DNA of 64,000 nt from Candidatus Methanomethylophilaceae archaeon (GTDB lineage: Archaea; Thermoplasmatota; Thermoplasmata; Methanomassiliicoccales; Methanomethylophilaceae), in assembly GCA_944320495.1 (NCBI GenBank), contig CALUHR010000001.1, positions 1 through 64,000 of the forward strand, given 5' to 3'. The stretch's first letter is position 1; each line of letters begins with the position of its first letter. Shown piece by piece: positions 31,772-42,346 of this stretch. The notes beneath the pieces were generated by a model. That model saw only the letters and a program-made list of their open reading frames with translations, was not told the origin of the DNA and did no database searches. A program made the position numbers and the translations under genes.

Positions 31772-32218
31772 GCACAGGCCCAGTTGTACCGTGAGGCTAC
31801 CTCCTGTGGTGACCGGGACCGTCAGTCCCGCCGAGATGTCCGGTGTTCCGTAACCGTCCCCGATGCTCGTCCCCAGGACGTCACCGGATGGTGCCGAGAA
31901 CGACAGATCCAGCAGATACGGTCTCCCCTTGCAGAAAGCATCCAGAGACTCCTCGAGATATTCCAGCGCCTCGCCCTTTCCCGTGACCAGGGACAGAGCC
32001 GCCATGTCGGACAGGCGGACCAGCGTGTCGTCCCCCTCCGACATGTCCGACATGCGGACCTTGGAGGACATCACGTCCTCCAGGAACCCGTAGGCGTCCC
32101 TGTCGTCATCCGCACCGGTGTCCGCGACCTGGGTGACCACGGAGGCCGCGATCATTATGACGAAGATGAACAGCATGGCGTCGACCATGGCGACGAATCC
32201 GCGGTCGCTCGTGCGCAC
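31766..32218 (-). CDS. Small protein with a class III (pilin-like) signal; ends at CGA
   Basis: GTG start; RTSDRG followed by hydrophobic FVAMVDAMLFIFVIMIAASVV; ends LTVQLGLCS then CGA at 31768-31766. Confidence 0.65.
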
Positions 32219-32616
32219 AGGACCACCTCGAACACCGCGAGCACCTCCCTGCCGCCGTCGCACCCTATCACGGACGTGACCGACCTCGACCACGGCGAGC
32301 CGTCGGTGGACCCGATCACGAAGGGCCCCGTCGCCTCGCAGAACCCCCCGGGCACGGTCACTGTGACGGAGGCGCCGGAAAGGCCCCTGGACCCCAGATA
32401 CCTCTCGATATAATCCTGAAACGCGGGGATAAACTCCCCGTCGACGATCTCTCCCGTGATTCTGTCGGGATCAAGCCCCTCGGTGGGGTCCGACGTGATA
32501 CCTGCCGCGCCGACCGCCAGTCCGAGGAATGCCGTCAGCACGAGGATGACGGCCATCGCGGCTATCATCGACTCCAGGAATCCCATGTCGCCCCTGTCGT
32601 CCGCATACATGGTCAC
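32209..32616 (-). CDS. Small protein with a class III (pilin-like) signal; ends at CGA
   Basis: ADDRG followed by DMGFLESMIAAMAVILVLTAFL; ends VFEVVLCA then CGA at 32211-32209, overlapping the next GTG start. Confidence 0.65.
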
Positions 32617-32672
32617 ATGTGCGTCGGACCGGACATATAACCCTGAGCCGCTGCGTCAGTACTGCACCATCG

Positions 32673-34586
32673 TCATTCCTGGCGCAGGCCCCTCTTGTAG
32701 AGGCCTTGGGTGAAAGTCCCGCCGCACATCTCCAGGATCTTCTCCCTTAGCTTGGGGTCCTGGTCCCTGGAGTACCTCGCCACGGCCTTCGCGAGAGCCG
32801 GAGGCCTCTTCCTCACATCGATGCCCACGGAGGACACACCGGACCTGCCGAGCTCCGAGATGTCGTCGAGGAGGAACAGGTCCACGGAGTTCAGGACGCG
32901 GGCGAACCCGCGGGAGTCGCGGTACACCGGGAACGACGCGCCCATGTCGTCAGTGATGGCCCCCGTCTCGATCCCCGGATCGCGGGTGTACATGAGCTCC
33001 GTCCTTCCGAAGGCCATGACCTCCGTCCTGGCGGGGTAGCGCGCCACGAGGTCGGACACCTCGTTCCTGGAGAGCTCCACTGAAAGCGTGGCCTGGTAGA
33101 CGTCGCCGGGGAACAGCGAGTTGAAGGCGTTCATGGATGCCGCCGTGTATATCCTGGACCCCTTGGCGGACGCGAACTGCGACGGGTTCGCGATCATGAC
33201 GGATCCCTCCGCCTTGCACTCGTCCCTGCTGTCGAACCTCGGCAGGATGGTGACGAACTCCCTGCCGGCGGCCTCGCACGCTTCGCGGGCCTCGGTCAGG
33301 TGCGGGCCCCATTCGAAGTAGATCCTGTCGGCGTATGGCAGGACCGCGTCCAGCACCTTCATCCCGCTGACGTAGAACGACCTGTCCGGGACGGAGTCCC
33401 TGTGCGGGTTCCTGGCGGGGACGGTGCCCTCAACCTTCGGCCTCTGGGTGCTCCCGTTGAGCCTGGGGGCTCCGCCGATGAGGTTCTTGACCTCGTCTAT
33501 GCGAGGGTCATAGGTGCGGTAGATGTCGTAGGTTCCGTCGGGGATCTTGAACGGCACGGTGATGGGGTCGAGGGTTCCGACCTTGAACCCGCCGACCTTC
33601 TCGTCCCCTCTGAATATCGATATGCCGTCCTTCCTGCCGATGGGGTCCCTGAAGTCCACGGGCGTGAGGCGCTGGGCTCTGATCTCCGCGGTCCCTAGGC
33701 GGAACCCGCGATTGTCCGGGTAGAGCGGCTGGACGGGCGACACGACGCCGTCCAGGTATCCTGTGGACGTCCCGCGGTTGAACACGGTGCGCAGGAGTCC
33801 GAGGGCCTCCTCGTACTCCTCCCCGCGGTCCCCGTCCTCAGCGAGCGAGTAGACCTTGGCGGAGAGGTAGGCGTACGCCGGTGAGCGCATCCTCCCCTCG
33901 ATCTTCAGAGAATCGACGCCGATGTCCCTCAGGGCCTCTATGCGGTCGGCCCCGAACAGGTCGGCGCAACTCAGCAGGTATCCGGAAGATCCCTTTGTCT
34001 CGTATCTCTTCCGGCACGGCTGCGCGCAGGATCCGCGGTTGCCGCTCCTGCCGCCCATGAAGCTGGACATGAGGCATCCGCCAGACATGCAGTAGCAGAG
34101 CGCCCCCTGGATGAACACCTCCGTCTCAATCGGGGAGTCGGGGACGATGCCGGCGAGCTCCTCCAGCGTGAGCTCCCTGGCGAGGACGGCGCGGTCGAGC
34201 CCCTGCTCTGCGCACCACTCCAGCCCCCTGAGGGAATGGATCTGCATCTGCGTGGAGGCGTGCTTCGGGATGTCTATCTCGGAGACGGCCCTCAGGAGTC
34301 CGAGGTCCTGTACGAGCACCGCGTCCGCGTCTATGTCCCTCAGGAACCTGACGAACGAGACGGCCTCGTCCATCTCCCTGTTCAGTATCGACGTGTTAAC
34401 GGCGACATGCACCTTGACGTGGCGGTCGTGGGCGTAGCCTATTGCCCCCTCGAGCTCGCGATCGGTGAAATTCCCCGCGAACGCACGGGCGCCGAAGCTC
34501 TTGCCCGCCAGATAAACGGCGTCGCATCCGCCCTTAATCGCTGCTGCCAGTCCTTCCGGGTTGCCTGCCGGCGAAAGTATCTCCAC
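32673..34586 (-). CDS. Peptidase U32 family protein (RlhA/TrhP-like Fe-S hydroxylase family)
   Basis: EILSPAG, ARAFAGNF, HASTQ, FIQGALCYCMSGGCLMS, SGNRGSCAQPCR and KIEGRM motifs. Confidence 0.9.
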   Translation of the reverse strand: MEILSPAGNPEGLAAAIKGGCDAVYLAGKSFGARAFAGNFTDRELEGAIGYAHDRHVKVHVAVNTSILNREMDEAVSFVRFLRDIDADAVLVQDLGLLRAVSEIDIPKHASTQMQIHSLRGLEWCAEQGLDRAVLARELTLEELAGIVPDSPIETEVFIQGALCYCMSGGCLMSSFMGGRSGNRGSCAQPCRKRYETKGSSGYLLSCADLFGADRIEALRDIGVDSLKIEGRMRSPAYAYLSAKVYSLAEDGDRGEEYEEALGLLRTVFNRGTSTGYLDGVVSPVQPLYPDNRGFRLGTAEIRAQRLTPVDFRDPIGRKDGISIFRGDEKVGGFKVGTLDPITVPFKIPDGTYDIYRTYDPRIDEVKNLIGGAPRLNGSTQRPKVEGTVPARNPHRDSVPDRSFYVSGMKVLDAVLPYADRIYFEWGPHLTEAREACEAAGREFVTILPRFDSRDECKAEGSVMIANPSQFASAKGSRIYTAASMNAFNSLFPGDVYQATLSVELSRNEVSDLVARYPARTEVMAFGRTELMYTRDPGIETGAITDDMGASFPVYRDSRGFARVLNSVDLFLLDDISELGRSGVSSVGIDVRKRPPALAKAVARYSRDQDPKLREKILEMCGGTFTQGLYKRGLRQE

Positions 34587-34755
34587 GCCACCCAATCCCC
34601 CGCCGATATAATGGTTGTTGTGGCGCTGGCCGTCGTCTCGTATCCTCTGACGGTCCGAGAGGGCTGCCGATTTGTATCGCAGAGGGTTCGTCATATTGTT
34701 CAACTTATCTAAGAACGTGCATTAATACTTGCACTGACGGTCTCCGATTATAATC

Positions 34756-35289
34756 TTGGACGAGGAACCGCGCCCCATGGAATCCAAATTCGGATTGGAC
34801 AGGCTGTTCGGGCATTCGGAGGAGCCCCCTCCGGCAGAGGTCTGCGACGACCTCCTGACGATTGACTGCAGGGGATGCGGGTACGCACCCGTCCCCGGGT
34901 CCAGGGAGTGCCTTGGATGCATGGTGGAGAGGATGAGCGCCGTAGGCGGCGCGGACAGGCTGATCCTCCGCACCGGGAGGGACACCGAGATATCCGGCAG
35001 GGCGGGCATGGCCGTCAGGGAGGCGGCTTCGCTTAGGCGTTGGTCGATGCCCCAGGAGCCTCCCAAGGGGCGCTGCAGGGCATGTCCGGTGTCTAGGCAT
35101 GGGATCCTCTCCCGCGCGTGGGAGCGCTTCCCGGAGGGCATGACGGACGGTCTGGCGGAGGAGGCTCTGTCGCAGGTCCCGGAGAGGGACGGGTGCAGGG
35201 AGTGTGTGGAATCCACCGTTCGCGCCCTCGCGCAGCTGGACGAGGGCATGGCGGAGATCCTCTCCAAGATGACTGGTGGTCTGCCATGA
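34756..35289 (+). CDS. Cys-rich hypothetical protein preceding the secretion ATPase
   Basis: Several CxxC pairs (CRGC, CLGC, CRAC, CREC); ATGA overlap with the next gene; start may be TTG 34756 or ATG 34777. Confidence 0.7.
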   Translation: MDEEPRPMESKFGLDRLFGHSEEPPPAEVCDDLLTIDCRGCGYAPVPGSRECLGCMVERMSAVGGADRLILRTGRDTEISGRAGMAVREAASLRRWSMPQEPPKGRCRACPVSRHGILSRAWERFPEGMTDGLAEEALSQVPERDGCRECVESTVRALAQLDEGMAEILSKMTGGLP

Positions 35290-37043
35290 AACTGCGCCTG
35301 CCGCCGTTCGCGACCATCATCCGCCCGTCGCCGGAGGACGATTTCGTCATCCCAGGGACCAAGGGCGGGGGACAAAACCCGCCCGGGAGACCTCCGTCCG
35401 CGCTCCAGAGGGCAGGGGGCAGCCCCTCGGCGTTCTCCGAGGCCTTCACGGTGCTCATGGGGGAGAACGTTCGCACCAAACCGTCATACACGGACTGCTG
35501 GATAGCATCGGTCCCCGAGCTCCGCCCGATCGCGTCGTACATGACAGACATGGGCTCCGTCCTCATCGGGCTGTCAGAGGGCGGTGAGACCGTGTACTCC
35601 GTCACACCGAGGGAGTACGCGTACCCCGATCCGCTAAACGCGGTGGTGATGGACGTCATCGACGGGATCCGCGACGTGTACAGGGACGGCGGTGGGAGTC
35701 TGGACCGCGACACGGTCATGGGCATGACCCGCTCGGTCCTGACAGATAGGTGGGACGACCTGGAGAGGGCGTGCGGGGGCGGGGACGTGGAGTCGGTCAT
35801 GAGGGACGTCTGCGCCATTGCGTACCGCCATTCCGTCGGCGCGGGGATATTCGAGGTCCTGCTGGCCGACCGCCACATCGAGGACATCTATGTGGACGCA
35901 CCTTGCAGCATGAACCGCATCCACGTCACGGTGAACGGGATCAACGGTCTGAACTCCCACATCAGATGCTCCACCAATCTGATGGCGGAGGAGCGCGAGG
36001 TATCCAACCTCCTGAACATCCTGAAGAGGGACAGTGGCCTTCGCTTCTGCAGGTCCTGCCCCGTCCTTGAGACGGATATGCGCGGGTTCGACGCGAGGGC
36101 GACCGTGGTGGGCTACCCGCTCAGCCCCAGGGGGAACGCGATTGCCATCAGGAAGCACTCCGTACGCCCGTGGACCCTTTCCCGTTTGATCGCCAACGGC
36201 ACCGTCAGCCCGAGGGCAGCCGGCATCCTCTCGTTCATAGTCAACAGCAGGGCGACCGTCCTGATATGCGGGGCGCGCGGGGCAGGCAAGAGCGCCCTCC
36301 TCAGCGCCCTGATGTTCGAGTTCCCGCTGAGCCAGAGGATACTCACCATCGAGGACACCCTGGAGCTGCCTGGAGACCACATGAGGAGGATGGGCTACAA
36401 GGTGCAGACCATGCTGGTGGACGACCGCATCCAGGGGTCCGTCTCATCCCGCTCCGACGAGGCGTTGCGCGTGTCCCTGAGGCTGGGGGAGTCGGCGATA
36501 GTCATGGGGGAGGTCCGCGGGGAGGAGGCCAGGACGCTCTATCAGAGCATGCGCGCGGGCCGCGCCGGGAGCGCGATCATGGGCACGGTGCACGGCGACT
36601 CCGCCGCATCCGTCTACCAGAGGATGGTCTTCGACATGGGCATCCCACCCGAGGCGTTCGGCGCCACGGACATACTGGTGACCCTCGGGACGGTGAGGGA
36701 CAGGCGCACGGGGAACCTCATCCGCAGGGTTAACGAGCTGGTGGCCACCGGTACATCCCCGGGAGAATTCCTGGATGTCTCAGGGGTGGACGGGCTTCTC
36801 GCATCGCCGTTCGCAGAGAGGGCCCTGTCCTCCCTTCAATTGGGCCGCAGGGACGTCGTGAAGGAGATCAGGGCGAGGTCGATGATGCGCTCGTATCTGG
36901 CGTCCCTCGGCACCGAGGACGAGGGGTTCCTGGGACCGGAATGGGTCCTGGCGTCGAACGAGATCCTCGCCGGAATGCCCCAGTCGGCTTCCGCGGAGGA
37001 AGCCCTGGCCGTGCTGAAGGGGAGGACCGGTAGGGATGACCGA
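35286..37043 (+). CDS. Type II/IV secretion ATPase (TadA/CpaF/VirB11 family); ends at CGA
   Basis: Walker A GARGAGKS, TIEDTLEL, IVMGEVRGEEA and GTVHG motifs; CGA at 37041-37043 gives an 8-nt overlap with the next ATG. Confidence 0.9.
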
Positions 37044-38424
37044 TCCGAGGAGGCTGACCAACGAGGGCCCGACGGTCGTCGGGCTGATGACCTCCGTCAT
37101 AGAGTCGGGGGGATCCCTGGATACGGCGGCCAGGGCGGTGTCCGAGGAGGGGCCGAGACTCTCCGCTGAGCTGTTCTCCGGAGCCGTGAGGCTCACGGAC
37201 ACCAAGGGCTCCGTCGGAATCTCTCAGGCGCTATCCGAATCGCTTTCCGTTCTGCCGGAGTCCGCTTCGGGCTACAGGCAGGCGATGCTGCTGTGCATCT
37301 CCGCATCCGAGGCGGCCGAACCGCAGGAGAGGCTCAGGATCCTCAAGGAGGCTTCCGATGTGGCCCTGGACGCCGTGCGCATCATTGGGGAGAAGTACGC
37401 CGCAGGCCTCTCCACGCCGTGCATGGCGGTCTTCGGCCTGGGGATAATGGCACCTATGATCCTGATGTCCATACTGCCGATCATGGGCCTCGGCGGGATG
37501 TTCGCTGAGATGCCGGTGGACAGCGGCACGATGCTCATGGCGACTCTGGTCCTGATCCCGGCGGCGATTCTCTGCCTGGCGTACTGGCTGCGCCAATCGA
37601 ACCCGTTCCTGGAGCGTTCGGGGAGTCCCCGCGACGCGGTGTGCGCACTACCACTCCTCACAGCAATCCCGCTCTATCTGGCGATGATGTCCCTGCGCAC
37701 GGGGGCCGTGGAGGCCCTGATTCTCTCGATCGCCCCGTCCGCGGTGGCCTGTCTGATAATGATGTTCGACGGCCGCAGGGCGGACCAGGCCAGGGCCAGG
37801 TCCGAGAAGGGGCTGAGGGACTGCGTCTTCGAGCTTGGCAACTCCCTGCTGGGAGGAGACAACTTCGAGACCGTGGCCGTGGAGGCTGTGTCGTCCAGGG
37901 TCGAGTGCAGGGATGTGGGCACTGCGCTCAGCAGGGAACTCGACCTGTGCAGGGGAGATGTCCGCGGTGCGATCAGGAGATCGGTGGGACCGGTATCGCC
38001 CGAGGTCTCCAGGACCCTCTGCGACATCCAGCACTGCTCCGAGAAGGACACCGAGGACGCGGGGAGGTTGGCCATCGCCGTGGGGAGGCAGTACCAGAAC
38101 ACGTCCAACATCAGGAACGAGCTGGGCCTGAAGCTCAAGGGGATGACCGACATGATGGTGGGCACGGCGATGCTGTTCGCCCCGATGGTCCTCGGGATGA
38201 GCACATCGATGCTCGGGCCGCTAAGCGAGATATCCGGATACGCCGGCCTTGAGGGCACGGAGGTGGTGCTGGCCGTGTATCTCGTAGAGCTCTGCGCGAT
38301 CATCGCCGTGCTCACGTCGAGCCTGGGGGACGGCGATGGCATCAGGGGGATGGTGTGGAGGTTCTGTCTCTCGTGTCCGATCGCCCTGGTCGTGTTCTGG
38401 TTCTGCATCGGGGTCCAGCTCCGA
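37036..38424 (+). CDS. TadB/TadC (GspF-like) membrane platform protein; ends at CGA
   Basis: Two soluble regions alternating with membrane helices; adjacent to the ATPase; ends FCIGVQL then CGA. Confidence 0.7.
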
Positions 38425-38456
38425 AGGTGTTAACCCAGGGGAGGGGATGCGAGGGT

Positions 38457-38960
38457 ATGGACGGCAGGACCAGACTGTTGGTGGCGGGATGCATCGCATC
38501 TGGGGTGGTACTCGCCCTGATGTTCCTGTCGCCCCTCCTATCCCCCTACGGTCTCTTCAGGGGGCTTGACGGGTCCCCCGGATTCATAGACGGAGGCTGG
38601 GAGGGCGGAGGCCCGGCCAGTCTGGCGTATCTGCTGGGGGATCTCGTCTGTCATCAGGAGGAGGCCAGGAGCCTGATCCTGAACGGCTCCCAGATGCCCG
38701 TCTGCGCGAGGGACACCGGGATCCTCATAGGTCTCACGATCGGTTTCGCCGCATGTCTGCCCATCGGCAACAGGCTGGCGGACAGGCGCATCGCGGCCCT
38801 GGGCGTGGTGCTCGTAGCGGTCATGGCGGTCGAGTGGCTTGTGGAGACGACGGGCTTCGATTCGCAGGCCTGCAGGCTCATCTCTGGGGTTTCTGCCGGG
38901 GTCGGTGCGAGCCTATTTCTGGCTTGGATGCTATATAGGCAGGATGACCGGGGAGAGCGA
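38457..38960 (+). CDS. DUF2085-like membrane protein; ends at CGA
   Basis: CHQEEARSL...NGSQMPVCARDTG motif; about four hydrophobic helices. Confidence 0.75.
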
Positions 38961-39666
38961 CGCGGGTATCGACTGGGAGTACGGCAGGGCCGCCTCCGAT
39001 GCGGTGGAGTGGCTCCTGAAGGAGGGATTCCTGAAAGAGGACGACTGCTCCATGAACGTCGCCTGCGGTCGCGGCGGATTCGCCGTTCCGATGAGCAGGG
39101 CGGTCCGTGTGCTGGTCTGCATGGACAGCAGCAGGGACTCCCTCGACATAACCGGTCAGCGCTGCGCCGGGGGATGTCGCACCGAGCTCTTTCAGCAGGA
39201 CTGGCGCTCCTACGTCCCCGCCAGGGGGAGGTACGACTCATGTGTCATGTCGCCGTCGTACCTGTGCTTCAACATGGAGGCCATACGCAGGATCGAGACA
39301 GTCTCCAAAAGGGGATGCGCCGTGGTCTTCCCGCTAGAGTTCGACTACCGCAGGCTCCGGAAGGGATTCCTCCAGAGTCTCGGCGTCGATGCGGGCTTCC
39401 TGTCGATGCCGGAGTTCCCTGACCCGCGCCCGTTCGCCGTCTGGCTGTCGGAGAAGGGCAGGAACATGGAGACGCGTCGCTTCCAGTCCACAGTGGAGTG
39501 TCCCGACGAGGTCTTCAGGACGGCGATCGTCCGCGATTCCGTCCTTCACGGGGCCGACGAGGCCGCCGCAGCCTCCATGGCCGACAGATACGTCTCGAAG
39601 GTCAGCAGGGGCGGTGCGGTCAAGTACAAGTTCTCCGCCAACGTCGTTGCCTGGAACATGGTGCGA
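38944..39666 (+). CDS. Divergent class I SAM-dependent methyltransferase; ends at CGA
   Basis: MNVACGRGGFA motif I, MDSSRDSL, GRYD; ends VVAWNMV then CGA. Confidence 0.65.
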
Positions 39667-39691
39667 TCAAGTTCGGATCGTGGATAAGGGT

Positions 39692-39804
39692 GAGACGAGC
39701 AGGCACGAAGTCCTGACGCCGGCCCGGCATGGTTGAAAGTTGAGGCACGCGGGTCTGTCTAAAGATGCGTGTATGTCGCACGGGTCTTACTGGCTACTCG
39801 TCTC
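39692..39804. ncRNA. Candidate structured RNA or palindromic element in a convergent intergenic gap
   Basis: Terminal helix GAGACGAG/CTCGTCTC enclosing smaller stems; family not recognised. Confidence 0.25.
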
Positions 39805-39852
39805 GACACGCCGTATCGGGACGTATTGAAAAAGCCTTCGGAGAGGTTTGTC

Positions 39853-39873
39853 GGGAGGGGTGTTGCCCCTCCC
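39853..39873 (-). terminator. Hairpin downstream of the RNR gene
   Basis: GGGAGGGG-TGTTG-CCCCTCCC. Confidence 0.5.
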
Positions 39874-39880
39874 ATGAGAT

Positions 39881-42118
39881 TCACTCGCACTTGGTCCATC
39901 CGCAGGACTTGCAGACGTTGCAGCCGCCCTGGAACTCGAGCTCCGCCCCGCACTTGGGGCAGGGGTTCTTGATCTCCCTGACGGGTGTCTCCTCCGGTGC
40001 CTCCTCGGGGATCCCGCGGATCTGGGTCTGCATCTCGTTGTACATGTCCATCAGCGCCCAGCCGACGGCCATGGGGCAGCAGGATCCGAGGGAGGTGTCC
40101 CTCTTGGTGTGGGTCCTGACCACGTAGGATGGGCAGGAGCCGCAGGACTTGAGCTGGTCGACGATCTTGTCGATGCTGCATCCGGACCTGGCGGCCAGGG
40201 AGATCATTCTGGACAGTCCGACCATGAAGTTGTTGCATCCGCCGGTGGATCCCTTGTTGAGGTAGGCCTCCTTGAGCTCGCCGGTGTCGGGGTCGAAGAA
40301 CGCGGTGCAGTGCAGGCTGCCGCATCCGGTCATCAGCTTCCTCTTCTTGCCGACGACGTTGTTGCTGACCTCCTCGACGGCCCCGCGCTTCTCCTCCTTG
40401 ACGGCGGGTGCGGGCGCAGGTTCGGGGGCCTTGTCCTTGGTTGAGAGGATGCCGAGGCGCTTGCAGCCGTCGCGGAAGACGGTGACACCCTTGCATCCGG
40501 ACTCCCATGCGAGCATGTAGATGTTGTAGACGTCCTTCTCGGGGAAGTCCTCGGGGAGATTGACGGTGGAGCTGATCGACGCGTCGATGTGCTTCTGCCA
40601 GGTGGCCTGCATCCCGATCCTGTTCTTGTAGTCAAGGTTCTGGGCGGTGACGAAGTATCCGGGGAGCTGCTCCTCGGTCGTCACGTCGGGGTGCCTGTCC
40701 ATGTAGGACTGCACGATGGGGGTGTAGACCTTGTAGTACTCGTCGTGGTCCGAGAGGGAGGTGGTCCTCCTCTCGTACGAGATGGCGAAGATCGGCTCGA
40801 TGCCGCCGGAGATGCCCAGCATGGTCGAGAGCGTCCCGGTGGGGGCGATGGTGAGGAGCTGGGAGTTCCTGAGTCCGTACTCGGCGACCAGGGCGCGGGT
40901 CTCGTCGGAGGCGTTCTCCTTGAAGAAGGGAGATTCGAGGATCTGCTCGGGGACGCACTTGGCGAACATGCCCTTGTCCCTGGCCAGGACGGCGGACTCG
41001 TTGAGGGCGGTGTCCATCATGAGCCTTCCGAGCTTGTCGCAGAAGTCGACGGCCTCGGGGGATCCGTAGGTGTAGCCGAGCATGATCAGCATGTCGGCGA
41101 GTCCCATGATGCCCAGCCCGATCTGCCTCCAGTTGCTGACGGACTCCTTCTGCTCCTGCAGGGGGTGCAGCGGGAGCCCCTCCTCCAGCACGTCGTTCAG
41201 GGCGCGGACGCAGATGCGGACCGACTCGATGAAGTCCTCGGACTGGAACTTCCCGTCTCTTACGAAGGCGGCCAGGTTCATGCTTCCGAGGAGGCAGCTG
41301 CCTCCGGCCGGGAGCGGCTCCTCGGCGCAGGGGTTGGTTCCGGCGTAGGAGTAGTCGGGGAACTCGGAGAGGAGGTTCCAGGAAGAGATCCTGTCCCAGA
41401 ACAGGCATCCGGGCTCTCCGTAGTCCCAGTTGTTGTAGCATAGCCTCTCGAAGAACGCGTTGGCGTCGAGCTCCTTCTCGATGTGCTGGTTGCTCTCGGG
41501 GCGGTCGAACCACTGGATGAACTTCCTCCTGTCCCTGACGCAGTTCATGAACTCGTCGGTCACGCGGATGGACATGTTGGCCTTGGTGACCCTCTCGAGG
41601 TCGGTCTTGACGGACATGAACTCCTCGAGGTCGGGGTGCTCGCACGACATGGTGAGCATCAGCGCGCCGCGCCTACCGTGCTGGCCGATGAGGCCGGTGA
41701 CCATGGAGAAGAGGTCGGTGAAGGACACAGCACCGGAGGTCTCCGAGGCGGTGTTGTTGATCCTGGCTCCCCTGGGGGCGAGCTTGGAGATGTCGATTCC
41801 GCATCCTCCGCCGTAGCTGAAGGTGCGGGCGAGCCTCCCGGCGGTCTCGAAGATGGACTCGATGGAGTCCTCGGGCGGACTGAGCACGTAGCAGTTGGAA
41901 TATGTGACCTTGAGCCCACCCTTGTAGAGGCCCCTGTTGGCGAGGATCCTACCTCCGAAGAGGAACTTCTTCTCGGCGATCAGCCTGCGGAGGTCCTGGT
42001 CCCCGTTGCTGACCCTGTCGAGCCACTCGTCGAAGGTCTCCCCGTCGTGGCAGTACTTCTTGTTCCAAATGTCTATTCCAAGCTGATTGTCGCTTCCAAG
42101 CCAATCCTCGATCTGCAC
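39881..42118 (-). CDS. nrdJ: Class II (adenosylcobalamin-dependent) ribonucleotide reductase with C-terminal TSCPD and zinc-ribbon domains
   Basis: SNCY, GGGCG, RRGALM, TNPCAE, CLLGS, IAPTGT and CKGVTVFRDG motifs; GTG start after a purine-rich RBS. Confidence 0.93.
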   Translation of the reverse strand: MQIEDWLGSDNQLGIDIWNKKYCHDGETFDEWLDRVSNGDQDLRRLIAEKKFLFGGRILANRGLYKGGLKVTYSNCYVLSPPEDSIESIFETAGRLARTFSYGGGCGIDISKLAPRGARINNTASETSGAVSFTDLFSMVTGLIGQHGRRGALMLTMSCEHPDLEEFMSVKTDLERVTKANMSIRVTDEFMNCVRDRRKFIQWFDRPESNQHIEKELDANAFFERLCYNNWDYGEPGCLFWDRISSWNLLSEFPDYSYAGTNPCAEEPLPAGGSCLLGSMNLAAFVRDGKFQSEDFIESVRICVRALNDVLEEGLPLHPLQEQKESVSNWRQIGLGIMGLADMLIMLGYTYGSPEAVDFCDKLGRLMMDTALNESAVLARDKGMFAKCVPEQILESPFFKENASDETRALVAEYGLRNSQLLTIAPTGTLSTMLGISGGIEPIFAISYERRTTSLSDHDEYYKVYTPIVQSYMDRHPDVTTEEQLPGYFVTAQNLDYKNRIGMQATWQKHIDASISSTVNLPEDFPEKDVYNIYMLAWESGCKGVTVFRDGCKRLGILSTKDKAPEPAPAPAVKEEKRGAVEEVSNNVVGKKRKLMTGCGSLHCTAFFDPDTGELKEAYLNKGSTGGCNNFMVGLSRMISLAARSGCSIDKIVDQLKSCGSCPSYVVRTHTKRDTSLGSCCPMAVGWALMDMYNEMQTQIRGIPEEAPEETPVREIKNPCPKCGAELEFQGGCNVCKSCGWTKCE

Positions 42119-42346
42119 TTCTCTCCCCCCGATGATTCCTCTCTTTTCGTTCGAGCCCAAGGTAACTTTTCCCCCTATTAAGGTCCAACGTGGATTATGC
42201 ATCCATCCATTATAAATTGGTGTGCAGATGTCGACAATGGACTGTTCTTTGTTAAGCTATGAGCTAGATTATTCCATAAATGTCTGAAATCAGACGATTT
42301 TCGGCGGAAACAAGGCGATAGAGGAGGGGGAGGGACCCCCATCCCG

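Noticed and set aside
38947-38951. CGG as a second new stop codon (ATGACCGG overlap here; CGG-CGA at 9148-9143)
   Set aside because: CGG occurs internally in pheT, etfA and the ABC signature motif, and in both cases a CGA follows within three codons.
39881-42118. Intein in the class II ribonucleotide reductase
   Set aside because: The length (745 aa) and continuous motifs leave no room, and no splice-junction pattern is visible.
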